Positions 44,152 through 55,900 of a stretch of 64,000 nucleotides of DNA are shown piece after piece. Under the pieces are notes generated by a model. It worked only from the letters and a program-made list of their open reading frames with translations, was not told the DNA's origin and searched no databases. Within the stretch, counting starts at the first letter, position 1, and each line of letters begins with the position of its first letter. The position numbers were made by a program, and so were the translations under genes. This DNA is from an uncultured Gemmataceae bacterium (GTDB taxonomy: Bacteria; Planctomycetota; Planctomycetia; Gemmatales; Gemmataceae), in NCBI GenBank assembly GCA_963750165.1, contig CAVVPN010000003.1, forward strand, positions 896,001 to 960,000, read 5' to 3'.

Positions 44152-45635
44152 GCCCGAAGGAACAGGCACAGGGCCGGCCGGCCGCCGAGACCCAGGAGGT
44201 CAGCCTCCTGGAGGAGGCCATCAAGCTCACCAAAACCGAGCGGTCCCAGGCCGAGGACATGCTCAGTAACCTCGCCGAGTGGGCGCTGAACAACACCATC
44301 ACCTGGGACAAGAACGTCACCCGGTCGATCAAGAAGGGCATGGAGGTCATCGACCAGATGATCTCGCGGCAGCTGGCCGCCATCATGCACGCGCCGGAGT
44401 TCCAGAAACTCGAGGGGACGTGGCGCGGCCTGCACTACCTGGTGCAGAACTCGCGGACCAGCGCCCAGCTCAAGCTCAAGGTGTTCAACGTCTCCAAGAA
44501 GGAACTGCTCAAGGACGTCGAGTCGGCGGTCGAGTTCGATCAGAGCCAGATCTTCAAGAAGGTATACACCAGCGAGTTCGACATGCCCGGCGGCGAGCCG
44601 TACGGGGCGCTCATCGGCGACTACGAATTCACCAACCACCCCGACGATCTGACGCTGGTCAGCAAGATGTCGAACGTGGCGGCGGCGGGGTTCTGCCCGT
44701 TCCTGACGGCGGCCTCGCCGGAGCTGTTCGGCTTCGACAAGTGGACCGAACTGTCCAAGCCGCGCGACCTGGAGCGGATCTTTGACACGGTCGAGTACAC
44801 GAAGTGGAAGTCGCTCCGCAACTCGGAGGACGCGCGCTTCGTCACGCTCACGCTGCCGCGCGTCCTGGCGCGGCTGCCGTACGGGGCGCAGACGAAGCCA
44901 ATCGAGGAGTTCGCCTACGAGGAGTTCGAGCAGAACCGCACGAGCAAGCCGCAGCCGGCGCCGCACGACCACTTCACGTGGATGAACGCCGCCTACGTGC
45001 TCGGCGTGCGGCTGACGGATGCGTTCTCGCAGTATGGCTTCTGCGTGGCCATCCGCGGGGCCGAGGGCGGCGGCATGGTGCAGGGGCTGCCGCCGTACAT
45101 CTTCACCAGCGACGACGGCGACCCGGACCTCAAGTGTCCGACGGAGATCGGCATCACCGACCGCCGCGAGAAGGAGCTGAGCGACCTGGGCTTTCTGCCG
45201 CTGTGCCACTACAAGAACACCGATTACGCGGTCTTTTTCGGCGCCCAGACGGCGCAGAAGCCCAAGAAGTACGACCGGCCCGAGGCGACCGCCAACGCCG
45301 CCATCTCGGCGCGGCTGCCGTACATCATGGCGACGTCGCGCTTCGCCCACTACCTCAAGGTAATGGCCCGCGACTGGATCGGCTCGCTGATGGAGGCTTC
45401 CGACACCGAAGCGCGGCTGACGCGCTGGATCATGAATTACGTCAACAACAACGAGAAGGCCTCGCAGGAGGAAAAGGCCCGCTACCCGTTGCGCGACGCG
45501 AAGGTGCAGGTCAAGGAGATTCCCGGCAAGCCCGGCTCGTACAACGCCATCGCCTGGCTGCGGCCGTGGCTGCAGCTGGAGGAGCTGAACGCCTCGCTGC
45601 GCATGGTGGCCCGCATCCCGCAGCTGGGCAGCTAG
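44148..45635 (+). CDS. tssC: T6SS sheath large subunit
   Basis: [38 protein letters not shown]. Confidence 0.95.
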   Translation: MSPKEQAQGRPAAETQEVSLLEEAIKLTKTERSQAEDMLSNLAEWALNNTITWDKNVTRSIKKGMEVIDQMISRQLAAIMHAPEFQKLEGTWRGLHYLVQNSRTSAQLKLKVFNVSKKELLKDVESAVEFDQSQIFKKVYTSEFDMPGGEPYGALIGDYEFTNHPDDLTLVSKMSNVAAAGFCPFLTAASPELFGFDKWTELSKPRDLERIFDTVEYTKWKSLRNSEDARFVTLTLPRVLARLPYGAQTKPIEEFAYEEFEQNRTSKPQPAPHDHFTWMNAAYVLGVRLTDAFSQYGFCVAIRGAEGGGMVQGLPPYIFTSDDGDPDLKCPTEIGITDRREKELSDLGFLPLCHYKNTDYAVFFGAQTAQKPKKYDRPEATANAAISARLPYIMATSRFAHYLKVMARDWIGSLMEASDTEARLTRWIMNYVNNNEKASQEEKARYPLRDAKVQVKEIPGKPGSYNAIAWLRPWLQLEELNASLRMVARIPQLGS

Positions 45636-45652
45636 AGCGGTTGGCGTTTGGG

Positions 45653-45711
45653 CGTAGCGGAAGTCGCCAGACTTCCGAAGCCGCTACGGAAGTCTGGCGA
45701 CTTCCGCTACG
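45653..45711. repeat. Perfect 25-bp GTAG-type REP-like inverted repeat
   Basis: CGTAGCGGAAGTCGCCAGACTTCCG-N9-CGGAAGTCTGGCGACTTCCGCTACG. Confidence 0.85.
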
Positions 45712-45886
45712 AACAGATCGCTACACCCGACCGCGATGCGCGCTAGGCCGGCGGCCACGGTTACTTCGAGCCTTTTTCCCGAGCGGACCCGTTTATGTTT
45801 CGCGCGCTGCCGGTGCGCGGAACGTAAACGCATTCCGCGGAGCGGCAGCGCCGAGTGCGCAGTGAACTCCTTACCCCTGGATTGAG

Positions 45887-47510
45887 ATGGACCCCTCCGC
45901 CGGCGCCGCCGCCCTTCCCCCAAGCGTCCCCCAGACCGCACTGGTAGACGCCCCGGCCCCGGCGTTCGCGAGCCCGCCCGCGGCGGTCGGCCTGCTCGAC
46001 CACCTCCTGCAGGCGGCCCAGTCCGCCAGCAACCACGCCACCCACTGGCTGGACCGCTTTCTCGCGGAAACCTCCCTGGAGCAGGCGCTGGCGTTCTGGT
46101 GCGCGCGCAGCGCGACCGGGCCGCGGACCCGCCAGGAACTGGCCCAGTCCCTGAGCCGCGACATCGCCCGCCTCGACGCACTCCTGAGCCGGCAAGTCAA
46201 CGCCATCCTGCACCACCCGCAGTTCCAGCAACTGGAGGCCTCCTGGCGGGGGTTGCACTACCTTGTGGAGCAGGCCGGCGCGGCCGAGACGGCGAAAATT
46301 CGGGTCCTCAACCTCTCCTGGGCCGAACTGACGCGCGATCTCGACCAGGCCCTGGAGTTCGATCAGAGTCAGCTGTTCCGCAAGGTGTACGAGGGCGAGT
46401 TCGGCATGCCCGGCGGCGAGCCGTTCGCGGTCCTGCTCGGGGACTACGAGGTCCGGCCGCGGCCCACGGCGGAGCACCCCCACGACGACATCGCCACGCT
46501 GGCGGCCGTCGCCCGGGTGGCGGCGGCGGCCTTCGCGCCGTTCATCGCCGCGGCCCATCCGTCTCTGCTGGGGCTGGACAGTTTTACGGAGTTGGAGCGG
46601 CCCCCGAACCTGGCGCGGGCGTTCGACCAGCTGGAGTACCTCACCTGGCGGCGGCTGCGGGACGGCGAGGACGCCCGCTTCGTCGGGTTGACGATGCCGC
46701 GCGTCCTGTGGCGGCTGCCCTACCGCGACGACGGCACCCGCGTCGATGGGTTCGCGTTCAGGGAGGAAATCGAGGATCCGGCGCGGCGGCAGTACCTGTG
46801 GGGCAACGCCACCTACGCCTACGGCGCCGTGCTGCTGCGGGCGTTCGACGAAAACGGCTGGCTGGCGAACATCCGCGGCGTGCATCGCGACCCGGACGCC
46901 GGGGTCGGCGGCGGCGGCCTGGTGACCGGGCTGCCGGTCCACGCCTTCCGCACCGACCACCTGGGCGTCGCCGTCAAGTCGTCCACCGACATCCAGCTCA
47001 CCGACTTCCTGGAGAAGGAGCTGAGCGAGCTGGGCTTCTTGCCACTGTGCCACTGCCCGGACACCGAGGTGTCGGCGTTCTACAGCAGCGCGTCGGTGCA
47101 GAAGCCGCGCCGCTTCCAGGAGGCGGCGGCCACGGCCAGCGCCCGGCTGTCGGCGATGCTGCACTGCCTGCTGTGCGCCTGCCGGTTCGCCCACTACCTC
47201 AAGGTGATGATGCGCGACAAGCTGGGCGGCTTCACCGGCCCGGCCGAGTGCGAGGCGCACCTTGACGCCTGGCTGCGCGGCTACACGACCGCCACGAACG
47301 ACGACGACATCAGCTCGTCGGTGCGCCGCCGCTACCCGCTGCGCGAGGGCGCGTCCGCGTCCGCGAACACCCGCGCAAACCGGGGAGTTACACCTGTGTC
47401 ATGTACCTTCGCCCGCACTTCCAGCTGGACCAGGTGGTCACCGCGGTCAAGCTGACCACCGAACTGGTGCCGATGACCAGCTCGACGGCCCGGAAAGGAC
47501 CCCGCCATGA
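45887..47510 (+). CDS. tssC: Second TssC paralogue; frameshift near 47348, exact end uncertain
   Basis: [37 protein letters not shown] lies in the shifted frame. Confidence 0.88.
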
Positions 47511-48307
47511 GCGCAGCAGACGATTTTCAGGCCGGGCGGCTGCGGGAGGCCGTCGCCGCGCAGACCGAGGCGGTGCGCCAGCACCCGGACGACCCGGCCC
47601 GGCGCGTCTTCCTGGCGGAACTGCTGTGTTTCGCCGGCGACCTGCCGCGCGCCGACAAGCAGCTCGACGCCACCGCCCACCTGAACCCCAAACTGACGCC
47701 GGGCATTAGCCTGCTCCGCAACCTGATCCGGGCGGAGCAGGCGCGGCAGCAGTTTTACAGCGACGGCCGGCTCCCCGAATTTCTGGAGGAGCCGTCGCCG
47801 GTGTTCCGGCTGCACCTGGAGGCGTCGATCTGTCTGCGCGAGGGCAAGCCGGCCGACGCGTCGGCCCTGCTGGCGCAGGCCGAGGCGCAGCGCGTCCGTG
47901 TGAGCGGCACCTGCGACGGCACGCCGTTCCAGGGGCTTCGCGACCTGGACGACCTGACCGCCCCCGTCCTCGAAGTCCTGGCGACCAACGGCAATTACTA
48001 CTGGATCCCGATCGAGCGCGTCGAGCGGGTGCAGTGCGAGGCGCCGCGGCAGCCGCGCGACCTGCTGTGGCGGCGCGCCCAGCTGGCGGTGAGCGGCGGG
48101 CCGGACGGCGAGGTCTACCTGCCCACCCTGTATGCCGGCGCTGCCGCGGAGACGGACGATGGCCTGCGCCTGGGGCGCCGCACCGACTGGCGCGGCGGCG
48201 ACGGCGCGCCGGTGCGCGGCGTGGGCCAGCGCATGCTGCTGGTGGGCGGCGAGGCGCGGTCGATCCTGGAACTGCGCGACCTGACCGTGGAACAACCGCC
48301 CGCCTGA
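47507..48307 (+). CDS. tagJ: T6SS accessory TagJ/ImpE
   Basis: LCFAGDLPRADKQL, YYWIP, PRDLLW, YLPTLY, LGRRTDW, GVGQR. Confidence 0.9.
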   Translation: MSAADDFQAGRLREAVAAQTEAVRQHPDDPARRVFLAELLCFAGDLPRADKQLDATAHLNPKLTPGISLLRNLIRAEQARQQFYSDGRLPEFLEEPSPVFRLHLEASICLREGKPADASALLAQAEAQRVRVSGTCDGTPFQGLRDLDDLTAPVLEVLATNGNYYWIPIERVERVQCEAPRQPRDLLWRRAQLAVSGGPDGEVYLPTLYAGAAAETDDGLRLGRRTDWRGGDGAPVRGVGQRMLLVGGEARSILELRDLTVEQPPA

Positions 48308-48318
48308 GGAGGCACCCC

Positions 48319-48812
48319 GTGGCCCGTGTCAAACCCGACCAGCCGCTCGTGCCCTCGGTGCTGGACCGCCTGCTCGACGACGAGCCGGGCGTGTCCACCG
48401 AGGCGCCGCGCTCGCGCGGCCAGGTGCTGCGCGAGCTGAAGCTGTCCGTGCAGCGCGACCTGAATCACCTGCTGAACACCCGCTGGCGGTGCCGGCACTG
48501 GCCGGCGGACCTCAAGGAACTGGGGCAGTCGCTGGTCAACTACGGCATCCCGGATTTCGCCGGCAGCAACCTGGCCTCCGCGGACAGCCGCCGGGCGCTG
48601 TGCCGCATCCTGGAGGACGTCATCCGGGCGTACCAGCCGGCCTTTTTGAAGGTCACCGTCCGTGTGCGCGACGACGACGAGCCGCTCGACGGCACGCTGC
48701 GCTTCCGCATCGACGCCCTGCTGCGCGTACATCCGCGCCGGAACCGGTTACCTTCGACCCGGACCTGGAACTGGACACCGGGACATTCAAGTTCGAGGCG
48801 CCGTCCCCATGA
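48319..48812 (+). CDS. tssE: T6SS TssE; frameshift near 48732
   Basis: PSVLDRL, RDLNHLLNTR, SLVNYGIPD. Confidence 0.9.
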
Positions 48813-50639
48813 GCGACGACCTGCTGGCGTATTACAACAAGGAACTGAGCTACCTCCGCCACCTGGGCGACGCCTTCGGCCGGGCGCACCCCAAGATCGC
48901 CCGCCGGCTGCGCCTGGACGCGGGCGCCAGCGACGACCCGCACGTCGAGCGCCTGCTGGAGGGCTTCGCCTACCTGAGCGCCCGCATCCGGCACAAGCTC
49001 GACGACGACCTGCCGGAAATCAGCGACGCCCTGCTCGGCGTGCTCTACCCGCACTACCAGGCGCCGGTGCCGTCGCTGGCGCTGGTGCAGTTCGCCCTGG
49101 ACCCGGGGCAGGCCGAGCTGGCGCAGGGCTACGCGCTCCCGGCCGGCACCGCCCTTGAGGCCGAGGCGCCCGACGGGGGGACCTGCTCCTTCCGCACCTG
49201 CTACCCGGTGACGCTCTGGCCGCTGGCGGTGCATGAGGCGGGCCTGCGCAAGCCGCCGTTCACCGCCCCGGTGACGCCGTTCTCCGGCAAGGCGGCGGCG
49301 GTGCTGCGGCTGTCGCTGCGCGGCCTCGCGCCCGCCCTGCCGCCGGCGCAACTGGAACTGGATGTGCTGCGGCTGTACCTGAAGGGCCAGCCGCAGCACA
49401 TCTACCCGCTGTACGAACTGCTGCACAAGGACACGCTCGGGGTCGCGGTGGCGGCGTCGGCCAACGACCCCGAGCCGGCCGTCCTGCCGCGGTCCTGTGT
49501 GCGGCCCGTCGGCTTCGACCGCGCCGAGGGCGCCCTGCCCTACACGGCCCGCTCGTTCCTGGGCTACCGGCTGTTGACCGAGTACTTCACGTTCCCGGAG
49601 AAATTTTTGTTCGTGGACCTGGCAGGGCTGCGCGGGCGACGGCCGCGCCGCCCCGGCGCGGCGCTGGAGGTCTACTTCTACCTGAGTCACTGGTCGAAGG
49701 ACCTGGAGCAGAACGTCACGGCGGACACGTTCCGGCTCGGCTGCACGCCGGTGGTCAACCTGTTCGCGCACCGCGCCGACCCGATCGAGCTGACCCAGAC
49801 TGAGTGGGAGTACCGCGTCGTGCCCGACCGCCGCCGGCCCGCGGGGCTCGAGGTGTACTCGGTGGACCGCGTCGTCGCCAGTTCGCCCGACGGCGCGGCC
49901 GTCGAGTACCGGCCCTTCTTCTCCACCCGGCACAGTCAGGAGGGCGAAGCGCCGGCGCCGTTCTGGTTCGCCACACGGCGGCCGTCCGAGGTGCCCGACG
50001 ACGCCGGGACCGAGGTGTACCTGTCGCTGGTCGATCTGAACCTGCGGCCGGCGGCGCCGGCGGCGTGGACCGTCACCGTGGAGACGACCTGCCTGAACCG
50101 CGACCTGCCGCGGCAGCTGCCCTACGGCGGCGACCAGCCGCGGCTGACGCTGAGCGCGGGCCGTGGCCCGGTGGGGGACATCCGCTGCCTGACGCCACCC
50201 ACGCCGACGCGCCGGCCTGCCCTCAAGCACGGGGCCATGTGGCGACTGATCTCGCACCTGACGCTGAACCACCTGTCCGTTGTGCATGACGGCGACGGTG
50301 CCGCGGCGCTCCGCGAGATCCTCAAGCTGTACGACTTCGCCGGCTCCGCCGAGACGCTGGCCCTGATCGACGGCCTGCGCGGCGCGCGGGCGGCCCGCCG
50401 TGGCGCGCGTCGGCCCGCCGGGCCGGTCGGCCGTCTGCCGCGGCGTCGAGGTCGCGCTGACGTTCAACGCCGAGAAGTTCGCCGGGCAGGGGGCGTACCT
50501 GTTCGCGTGCGTGCTGGAGCGGTTCCTGGCGCTGTACTGTTCGGTCAATTCGTTTACCCGGGTCGTCGCCACCGTTGAGGGGCGCGAGGGGGTGTGGTGT
50601 CAATGGCCGCCGCGGGCTGGGGAGATGATCTTGCTCTGA
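48809..50639 (+). CDS. tssF: T6SS TssF; frameshift near 50389
   Basis: YYNKELSYLR, DPHVERLLEGFA, GYRLLTEYF, CTPVVNLF; SVNSFT...WPPRAG in the shifted frame. Confidence 0.92.
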
Positions 50640-51694
50640 CCCGGTGCCTGCAGCGCGAGGGGCACCGCTTCGACTTCTTCCAGGCGGTGCGCTTGCTGGA
50701 GCGCCTGGCCCGCGAGCGCGCCGCCGGCGCCGCGGCGCGGCCGTGGCGGCCCCTCGGGCAGGACTGGCCCGACCAGGAGGCCGTCCGCCTGCGCGTGCTG
50801 GCGGCGCTGAGCTTCCCCGCCAGTGCCGTCCACGAAATCCGGCCGCCGGTCGATTCGGGCCCGGCGGCGCCGCCGGAGTTGCTCGTCAGCTTCTTCGGGC
50901 TGACCGGCCCCAGCGGCGTGCTGCCGCAGCATTACACGTCGCTGCTCATCGAGCGCGTGCGGCAAAAAGACTTCGCCCTGCGCGACTTCCTGGACCTGTT
51001 CCACCACCGGCTGCTGTCCCTGTTCTACCGGGCCTGGCAGAAGTACCGGCTGCCGTTCGCCTATGAGCAGTCGCGGCTCGACCCGGGCGCCGACGCGGCG
51101 GACGCCGCGACCGGGGCCCTCTACTGCCTGGTCGGCCTCGGCACCGGCGGGCTGCGCCGGCGGCTGGCGGTCGATGACGAGGCGTTCCTGTTTTACGGCG
51201 GCCACTTCGCCCACCACCCGCGGAACGCCGATTCGCTGGAACGCTTGCTCGCGGACTACTTCGGCGTGGCAGTGGTGCTGGAGCAGTTTCGCGGCCAGTG
51301 GCTATACCTGGCGGAGGCGGACTGTTCGCAGTTGCCCACGGCGGCCGCGGCGGGGCGGAACCACGAACTGGGCGCCAACCTCGTGGTCGGCCGCCGCGTC
51401 TGGGATGTGCAGAGCAAGTTCCGATTGCGCCTGGGGCCGCTCACCTACGAGCAGTTCCGCGGCTTCCTGCCCGACGGGCGGGCCTTCCGGGCCCTGTGTC
51501 AGTTGACCCGCTCCTATGTGGGGTTAGAATTCGACTACGACGTGCAGCCGGTATTGCGCCGCGCGGAGGTGCCGCGCTGCCGGCTCACCCGGCAGGGGCC
51601 GGAGCGGCGCCGGCTCGGCTGGGACACCTGGGTGCGCTACGGCGACTTCCCGCGGGACGCGGAGGATGTCGTCCTACCCGCTCCGGCCGACTGA
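50603..51694 (+). CDS. tssG: T6SS TssG
   Basis: FDFFQAVRLLE, GLTGPSGVLP, DFLDLFHHR, LGWDTW. Confidence 0.92.
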   Translation: MAAAGWGDDLALTRCLQREGHRFDFFQAVRLLERLARERAAGAAARPWRPLGQDWPDQEAVRLRVLAALSFPASAVHEIRPPVDSGPAAPPELLVSFFGLTGPSGVLPQHYTSLLIERVRQKDFALRDFLDLFHHRLLSLFYRAWQKYRLPFAYEQSRLDPGADAADAATGALYCLVGLGTGGLRRRLAVDDEAFLFYGGHFAHHPRNADSLERLLADYFGVAVVLEQFRGQWLYLAEADCSQLPTAAAAGRNHELGANLVVGRRVWDVQSKFRLRLGPLTYEQFRGFLPDGRAFRALCQLTRSYVGLEFDYDVQPVLRRAEVPRCRLTRQGPERRRLGWDTWVRYGDFPRDAEDVVLPAPAD

Positions 51695-51727
51695 GGGCGG
51701 CGCCGGCAGAACACCTTGGAGGCGACC

Positions 51728-52288
51728 ATGTCGGGGAAACGGCTTCCTGGCCCCGTGTGCAGCCATTCCCAGGGTTCCGGGCTCGACCCCGTGGACGACG
51801 GGACGTTGTGCCGCCAACCGTCGCCGCCCCCCGGGCCGCTGCAACCTTCACCCAGGGTCGAGAAGTCGCAGGCAGCCTGGGTCCGGGAGGCAGACGAGGA
51901 CGCGGCGCGGACGCAGGGCCTTCGCTTGCCGCCAGCGGAGAACGTGCCACTGCAACAGATCGTCACGGCGGCCTGGCACGCATTCCAGTACCTGAACCGC
52001 GCCCGGAAAGGCCACCCGCACGACACGGCCCTGGCGTGCGCCGAGCATTACGCCTACGCCCGTGCCGTGGTTTGCGCCGGCGGCCCCGTGGTGTACCCGC
52101 TCATGGTCGGTGTTGCGCTCTACTACGATGTCGCCAAGTGGGCCCTCGACAAGGTGAACCTCCGTCAGTTGCTCGACGCCAACCTGGACGGCTCGGGCTT
52201 CGTGACCGCCTCCTCTCCGGAACAGGTCAAGGCCGCCCGCGACGGGGCCGACGCAGGACTCGCGCTCCACTTCGCGGCGTTCCGGTAG
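51728..52288 (+). CDS. Hypothetical protein within the T6SS locus
   Basis: GGAGG RBS; good codon bias; no recognised domain. Confidence 0.6.
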   Translation: MSGKRLPGPVCSHSQGSGLDPVDDGTLCRQPSPPPGPLQPSPRVEKSQAAWVREADEDAARTQGLRLPPAENVPLQQIVTAAWHAFQYLNRARKGHPHDTALACAEHYAYARAVVCAGGPVVYPLMVGVALYYDVAKWALDKVNLRQLLDANLDGSGFVTASSPEQVKAARDGADAGLALHFAAFR

Positions 52289-52470
52289 ACGCGCTGTCCC
52301 GTTGATTCTGCCGGCCGGATGGCGAAAGAGGTGATTCGTCTGGCTCACCGCTCCCAGCCGATCCGCCATTCTGATTTCCGATGGCTTTTTCGCTGGCGAC
52401 AACTTGACCGGGGGCGTAAAATGCCTCCGCGTTGCCGGCGTGTTGGTGCAACACTCTGGATGGTGGCAGC

Positions 52471-55125
52471 ATGACCTCGGTCAACCTCAATTCCCTGGTC
52501 GGCAAGCTGAACGACACCTGCCGCAAGGCGCTGGAAGGTGCGGTCGCCCTGTGCCTGACCCAGACCCACTACAACGTCGAAATCGAGCACTGGTTCCTCA
52601 AACTCCTCGAGGCGTCGGACGGCGACCTGCCCCGAATCCTGCGACAGTACAACATCGATGCGGCCCGCCTTGCCCGCGACCTGACCGCAAGCACCGAGCG
52701 GTTCAAGACCGGCAACTCCCGTACCCCGGCCATCTCCCTGCACGTCGTTGACCTGGCCCGCGAGGGTTGGCTCGCGGCCTCCGTGCAGTTCAACGAACAG
52801 CGTGTCCGTTCCGGACATTTGCTGTACGCCCTCGTGGCCAACGAATCCCTCGCCCCCATGAGCCGCGAGGCGTCGCGCGAGTTCGCCCGGCTGGAGCCGG
52901 AGGCGCTGCGCCGCGACCTGCCCGCTCTCGTGGCCGGCTCGGCCGAGACGAAGGAGCAGCCGTCCGCCACCCCCGCCGCGGGCGGCGCGGCGGGGCCGGT
53001 CTCGACCCCGGGCAAGACCACCGCCCTGGACCAGTACACCATCGACCTGACGCAGAAGGCGTGCGCCGGCCAGATCGACCCGGTCCTGGGCCGCGACCGT
53101 GAGATCGAGCAGGTGATGGACATCCTGACGCGGCGGCGGCAGAACAACCCGATCCTGACCGGCGAGGCCGGCGTCGGCAAGACGGCGGTGGTTGAGGGCT
53201 TCGCCCTGCGCATCGCCGCCGGCGACGTGCCACCCGCGCTGCAGAACGTGGCGTTGCGGCAGCTGGACCTGGGCCTGCTGCAGGCCGGCGCCGGCGTCCG
53301 CGGCGAGTTCGAGAACCGCCTCAAGAACGTCATCGCCGAGGTCAAGGCGTCGCCGCGGCCCGTCGTGCTGTTCATCGACGAGGCGCACACCATGATCGGC
53401 GCCGGCGGCCAGGAGGGGCAGGGCGACGCCGCCAACCTGCTCAAGCCGGCGCTGGCCCGCGGCGAGCTGCGCACCATCGCGGCGACCACCTGGGCCGAGT
53501 ACAAGAAGTACTTCGAGAAGGACGCCGCCCTGGCGCGGCGCTTCCAGGTCGTCAAGGTTGACGAGCCGAGCGAGCCGGTTGCCGAGGAAATGCTCCGCGG
53601 GCTGGTGCAGCTGCTGGAAGGGCACCACAAGGTCCGCATCCTGGCGGAGGCGGTCCGCGAGGCGGTGCGGCTGTCGCACCGCTTCCTGCAGGGGCGGCAG
53701 TTGCCCGACAAGGCGGTCAGCGTGCTCGACACCGCCTGCGCCCGCGTCGCCATCAGCCACACGGCGGTGCCGCCCGCGCTGCAGGACTGCCGGCGGCGCA
53801 TCGCCCGGCTGGACACGACGGCCGGCCTGCTGCGCCGCGAGGACGCCGCCGGCGCCGACCACCGGCAGCGGCTCGACGAACTGGCCCGCGAGCGCGCCGC
53901 CGCCGAGGCAGAGCAGAAGACGCTGGAGGCCCGCTGGCAGGAGGAGCTGCGGGGGGTGCGGCGCTACCAGGAAGTCCGCGGCCAGCTGGAAGCCCTGGCG
54001 GCGCCGGCGGGCGGCCAGCGCTCCGTGGCGGACACGGAGCGGCTCAGGGCCGAGCTGGCCGCGCTGGAGAGTCAGCTGCGCGGCCTGCAGGGCGAGACGC
54101 CGCTGGTGCATGTCGGCGTGGACGCGCAGACCATCGCCGGCGTGGTGTCGGCGTGGACCGGCATCCCCGTGCGGCGCATGGTCGCCGACGAGATCAACAC
54201 CCTGCTGACGCTGCGGCAGCGCCTGGAGGAGCGCATCATTGGGCAGGCGCACGCCCTTGAGGCCGTCACGCAGTGCGTGCGGACGGCGCGGGCCAACCTG
54301 ACCGACCCGCGCAAGCCGATCGGCGTGTTCCTGCTGGTCGGGCCGAGCGGCGTGGGCAAGACCGAGACGGCGCTGGCGCTGGCCGATCTGCTGTACGGCG
54401 GCGACCAGAACATGACGGTCATCAACATGTCGGAGTTCAAGGAGGAGCACAAGGTTTCGCTGTTGATGGGCTCGCCCCCGGGCTACGTGGGCTACGGCGA
54501 GGGCGGCGTGCTGACCGAGGCGGTGCGGCGGCGGCCCTACGGCGTGGTGCTGCTCGACGAGATGGAGAAGGCGCACCCCGGGGTGCAGCACGTCTTCTAC
54601 CAGGTGTTCGACAAGGGCACGCTGCGCGACGGCGAGGGCCGCGACATCGACTTCAAGAACACCCTCATCCTCATGACCTCCAACGCCGCGAGCGACACGG
54701 TGCTGAAGCTCTGTGCCGACCCGGAGACGCGGCCGGACCCGGAGCGGCTGGCCGAACTGATGCGCGGCGAACTGCTGAAGGTGTTCCAGGCGCCGTTCCT
54801 GGGGCGGGTCCAGGTGGTGCCGTACTTCCCGCTCACCGACGAGGCGCTGAACACCATCATTGCCCTGCACCTGGGCCGCATCGGGCGGCGGGTGGCGGAG
54901 CATTACCGCGCCCGCTTCACCTACGCCCCGGAACTGGTCGCGCACCTCAAGGCGCGCTGCCAGGAGGTGGACACCGGCGCGCGGAACATTGACCACATCC
55001 TCACCCGCGGCCTGCTGCCGGAACTGGCCACCGCGTTCCTGGCGCGGTTGGCGCACGCCCAGCCGGTGACCGCGATTCACGTGTCCATCGACGGGAACGG
55101 GGCTTTTACATACGACATCTCGTGA
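52471..55125 (+). CDS. tssH: T6SS ATPase ClpV
   Basis: GEAGVGKT, GPSGVGKT, RRRQNNPIL, INMSEF. Confidence 0.95.
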   Translation: MTSVNLNSLVGKLNDTCRKALEGAVALCLTQTHYNVEIEHWFLKLLEASDGDLPRILRQYNIDAARLARDLTASTERFKTGNSRTPAISLHVVDLAREGWLAASVQFNEQRVRSGHLLYALVANESLAPMSREASREFARLEPEALRRDLPALVAGSAETKEQPSATPAAGGAAGPVSTPGKTTALDQYTIDLTQKACAGQIDPVLGRDREIEQVMDILTRRRQNNPILTGEAGVGKTAVVEGFALRIAAGDVPPALQNVALRQLDLGLLQAGAGVRGEFENRLKNVIAEVKASPRPVVLFIDEAHTMIGAGGQEGQGDAANLLKPALARGELRTIAATTWAEYKKYFEKDAALARRFQVVKVDEPSEPVAEEMLRGLVQLLEGHHKVRILAEAVREAVRLSHRFLQGRQLPDKAVSVLDTACARVAISHTAVPPALQDCRRRIARLDTTAGLLRREDAAGADHRQRLDELARERAAAEAEQKTLEARWQEELRGVRRYQEVRGQLEALAAPAGGQRSVADTERLRAELAALESQLRGLQGETPLVHVGVDAQTIAGVVSAWTGIPVRRMVADEINTLLTLRQRLEERIIGQAHALEAVTQCVRTARANLTDPRKPIGVFLLVGPSGVGKTETALALADLLYGGDQNMTVINMSEFKEEHKVSLLMGSPPGYVGYGEGGVLTEAVRRRPYGVVLLDEMEKAHPGVQHVFYQVFDKGTLRDGEGRDIDFKNTLILMTSNAASDTVLKLCADPETRPDPERLAELMRGELLKVFQAPFLGRVQVVPYFPLTDEALNTIIALHLGRIGRRVAEHYRARFTYAPELVAHLKARCQEVDTGARNIDHILTRGLLPELATAFLARLAHAQPVTAIHVSIDGNGAFTYDIS

Positions 55126-55295
55126 CCAGGGGGACGAGGCAAGAAGGGAGGTCAAGGAACCGGGAAACCGAGCAGCCCGGCATCGTTGGACCTGTCGGAA
55201 CGCCTGACGGCATCAGCACGCAGTCCCGCTCAGGCACCGCACCGTCATCGCACGAGCACGCAACGGGCAACCTTTACCTGAAGGAGCTGTGGACC

Positions 55296-55787
55296 ATGCC
55301 GATTTACATGAAATACGAGGCGATCAAGAAGGGTGAGTCGCAGGCCAAGGGCCACGAGGGCGACAAGGGCTGGATCGAAGTGCAGAGCGTGCAGTTCGGG
55401 GCCAGCCGCAACATCCAGACGCCGGTTGGGCAGAGCAGCAAGCGCGAGGCGTCGGCGCCGAGCATCAGCGAAATCACCATCACCAAGGTCCAGGACAGCA
55501 CCTCACCGTTGCTGTTCCAAGAAGCCGTGGCCGGCAAGGGCAGCAAGGTGAACATCGATTTCTGCCAAACCCAAGAGGGCAAGCTGGAGACCTACCTGGA
55601 ACTGACGCTGACGAATACGATGGTGTCCGGCTACAGCGTCAGCAGCGCCGGCGAAAACCACCGCCCCGTGGAAAGCATCTCGCTGAACTTCACCAAGATC
55701 GAGTACAAGACCACGCCCTTCGACGACAAGCACGTGGCCGGCACGCCGACCTCGACATCGTACGACCTGGCCCAGGGGGCCAAGTGA
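55296..55787 (+). CDS. hcp: T6SS tube protein Hcp
   Basis: GESQAKGHE, ITITKVQDSTSPLL, ESISLNFTKI. Confidence 0.92.
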   Translation: MPIYMKYEAIKKGESQAKGHEGDKGWIEVQSVQFGASRNIQTPVGQSSKREASAPSISEITITKVQDSTSPLLFQEAVAGKGSKVNIDFCQTQEGKLETYLELTLTNTMVSGYSVSSAGENHRPVESISLNFTKIEYKTTPFDDKHVAGTPTSTSYDLAQGAK

Positions 55788-55900
55788 GCGGGCCGTGCTG
55801 ACCGCGTTTTCGGCTGGCGGCGCCCCGCGGCGCAGGGCGCCGCCGCTGAGGAGTTCGGCCCCGTTCCCCCAGCACGCGCCCGCAAGGGAGGGCCGCCGTC

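Noticed and set aside
42443..51694. T6SS as a decaying pseudogene cluster
   Set aside because: The same indel type hits glyA and other unrelated genes, and no nonsense stops were seen; error is more likely.
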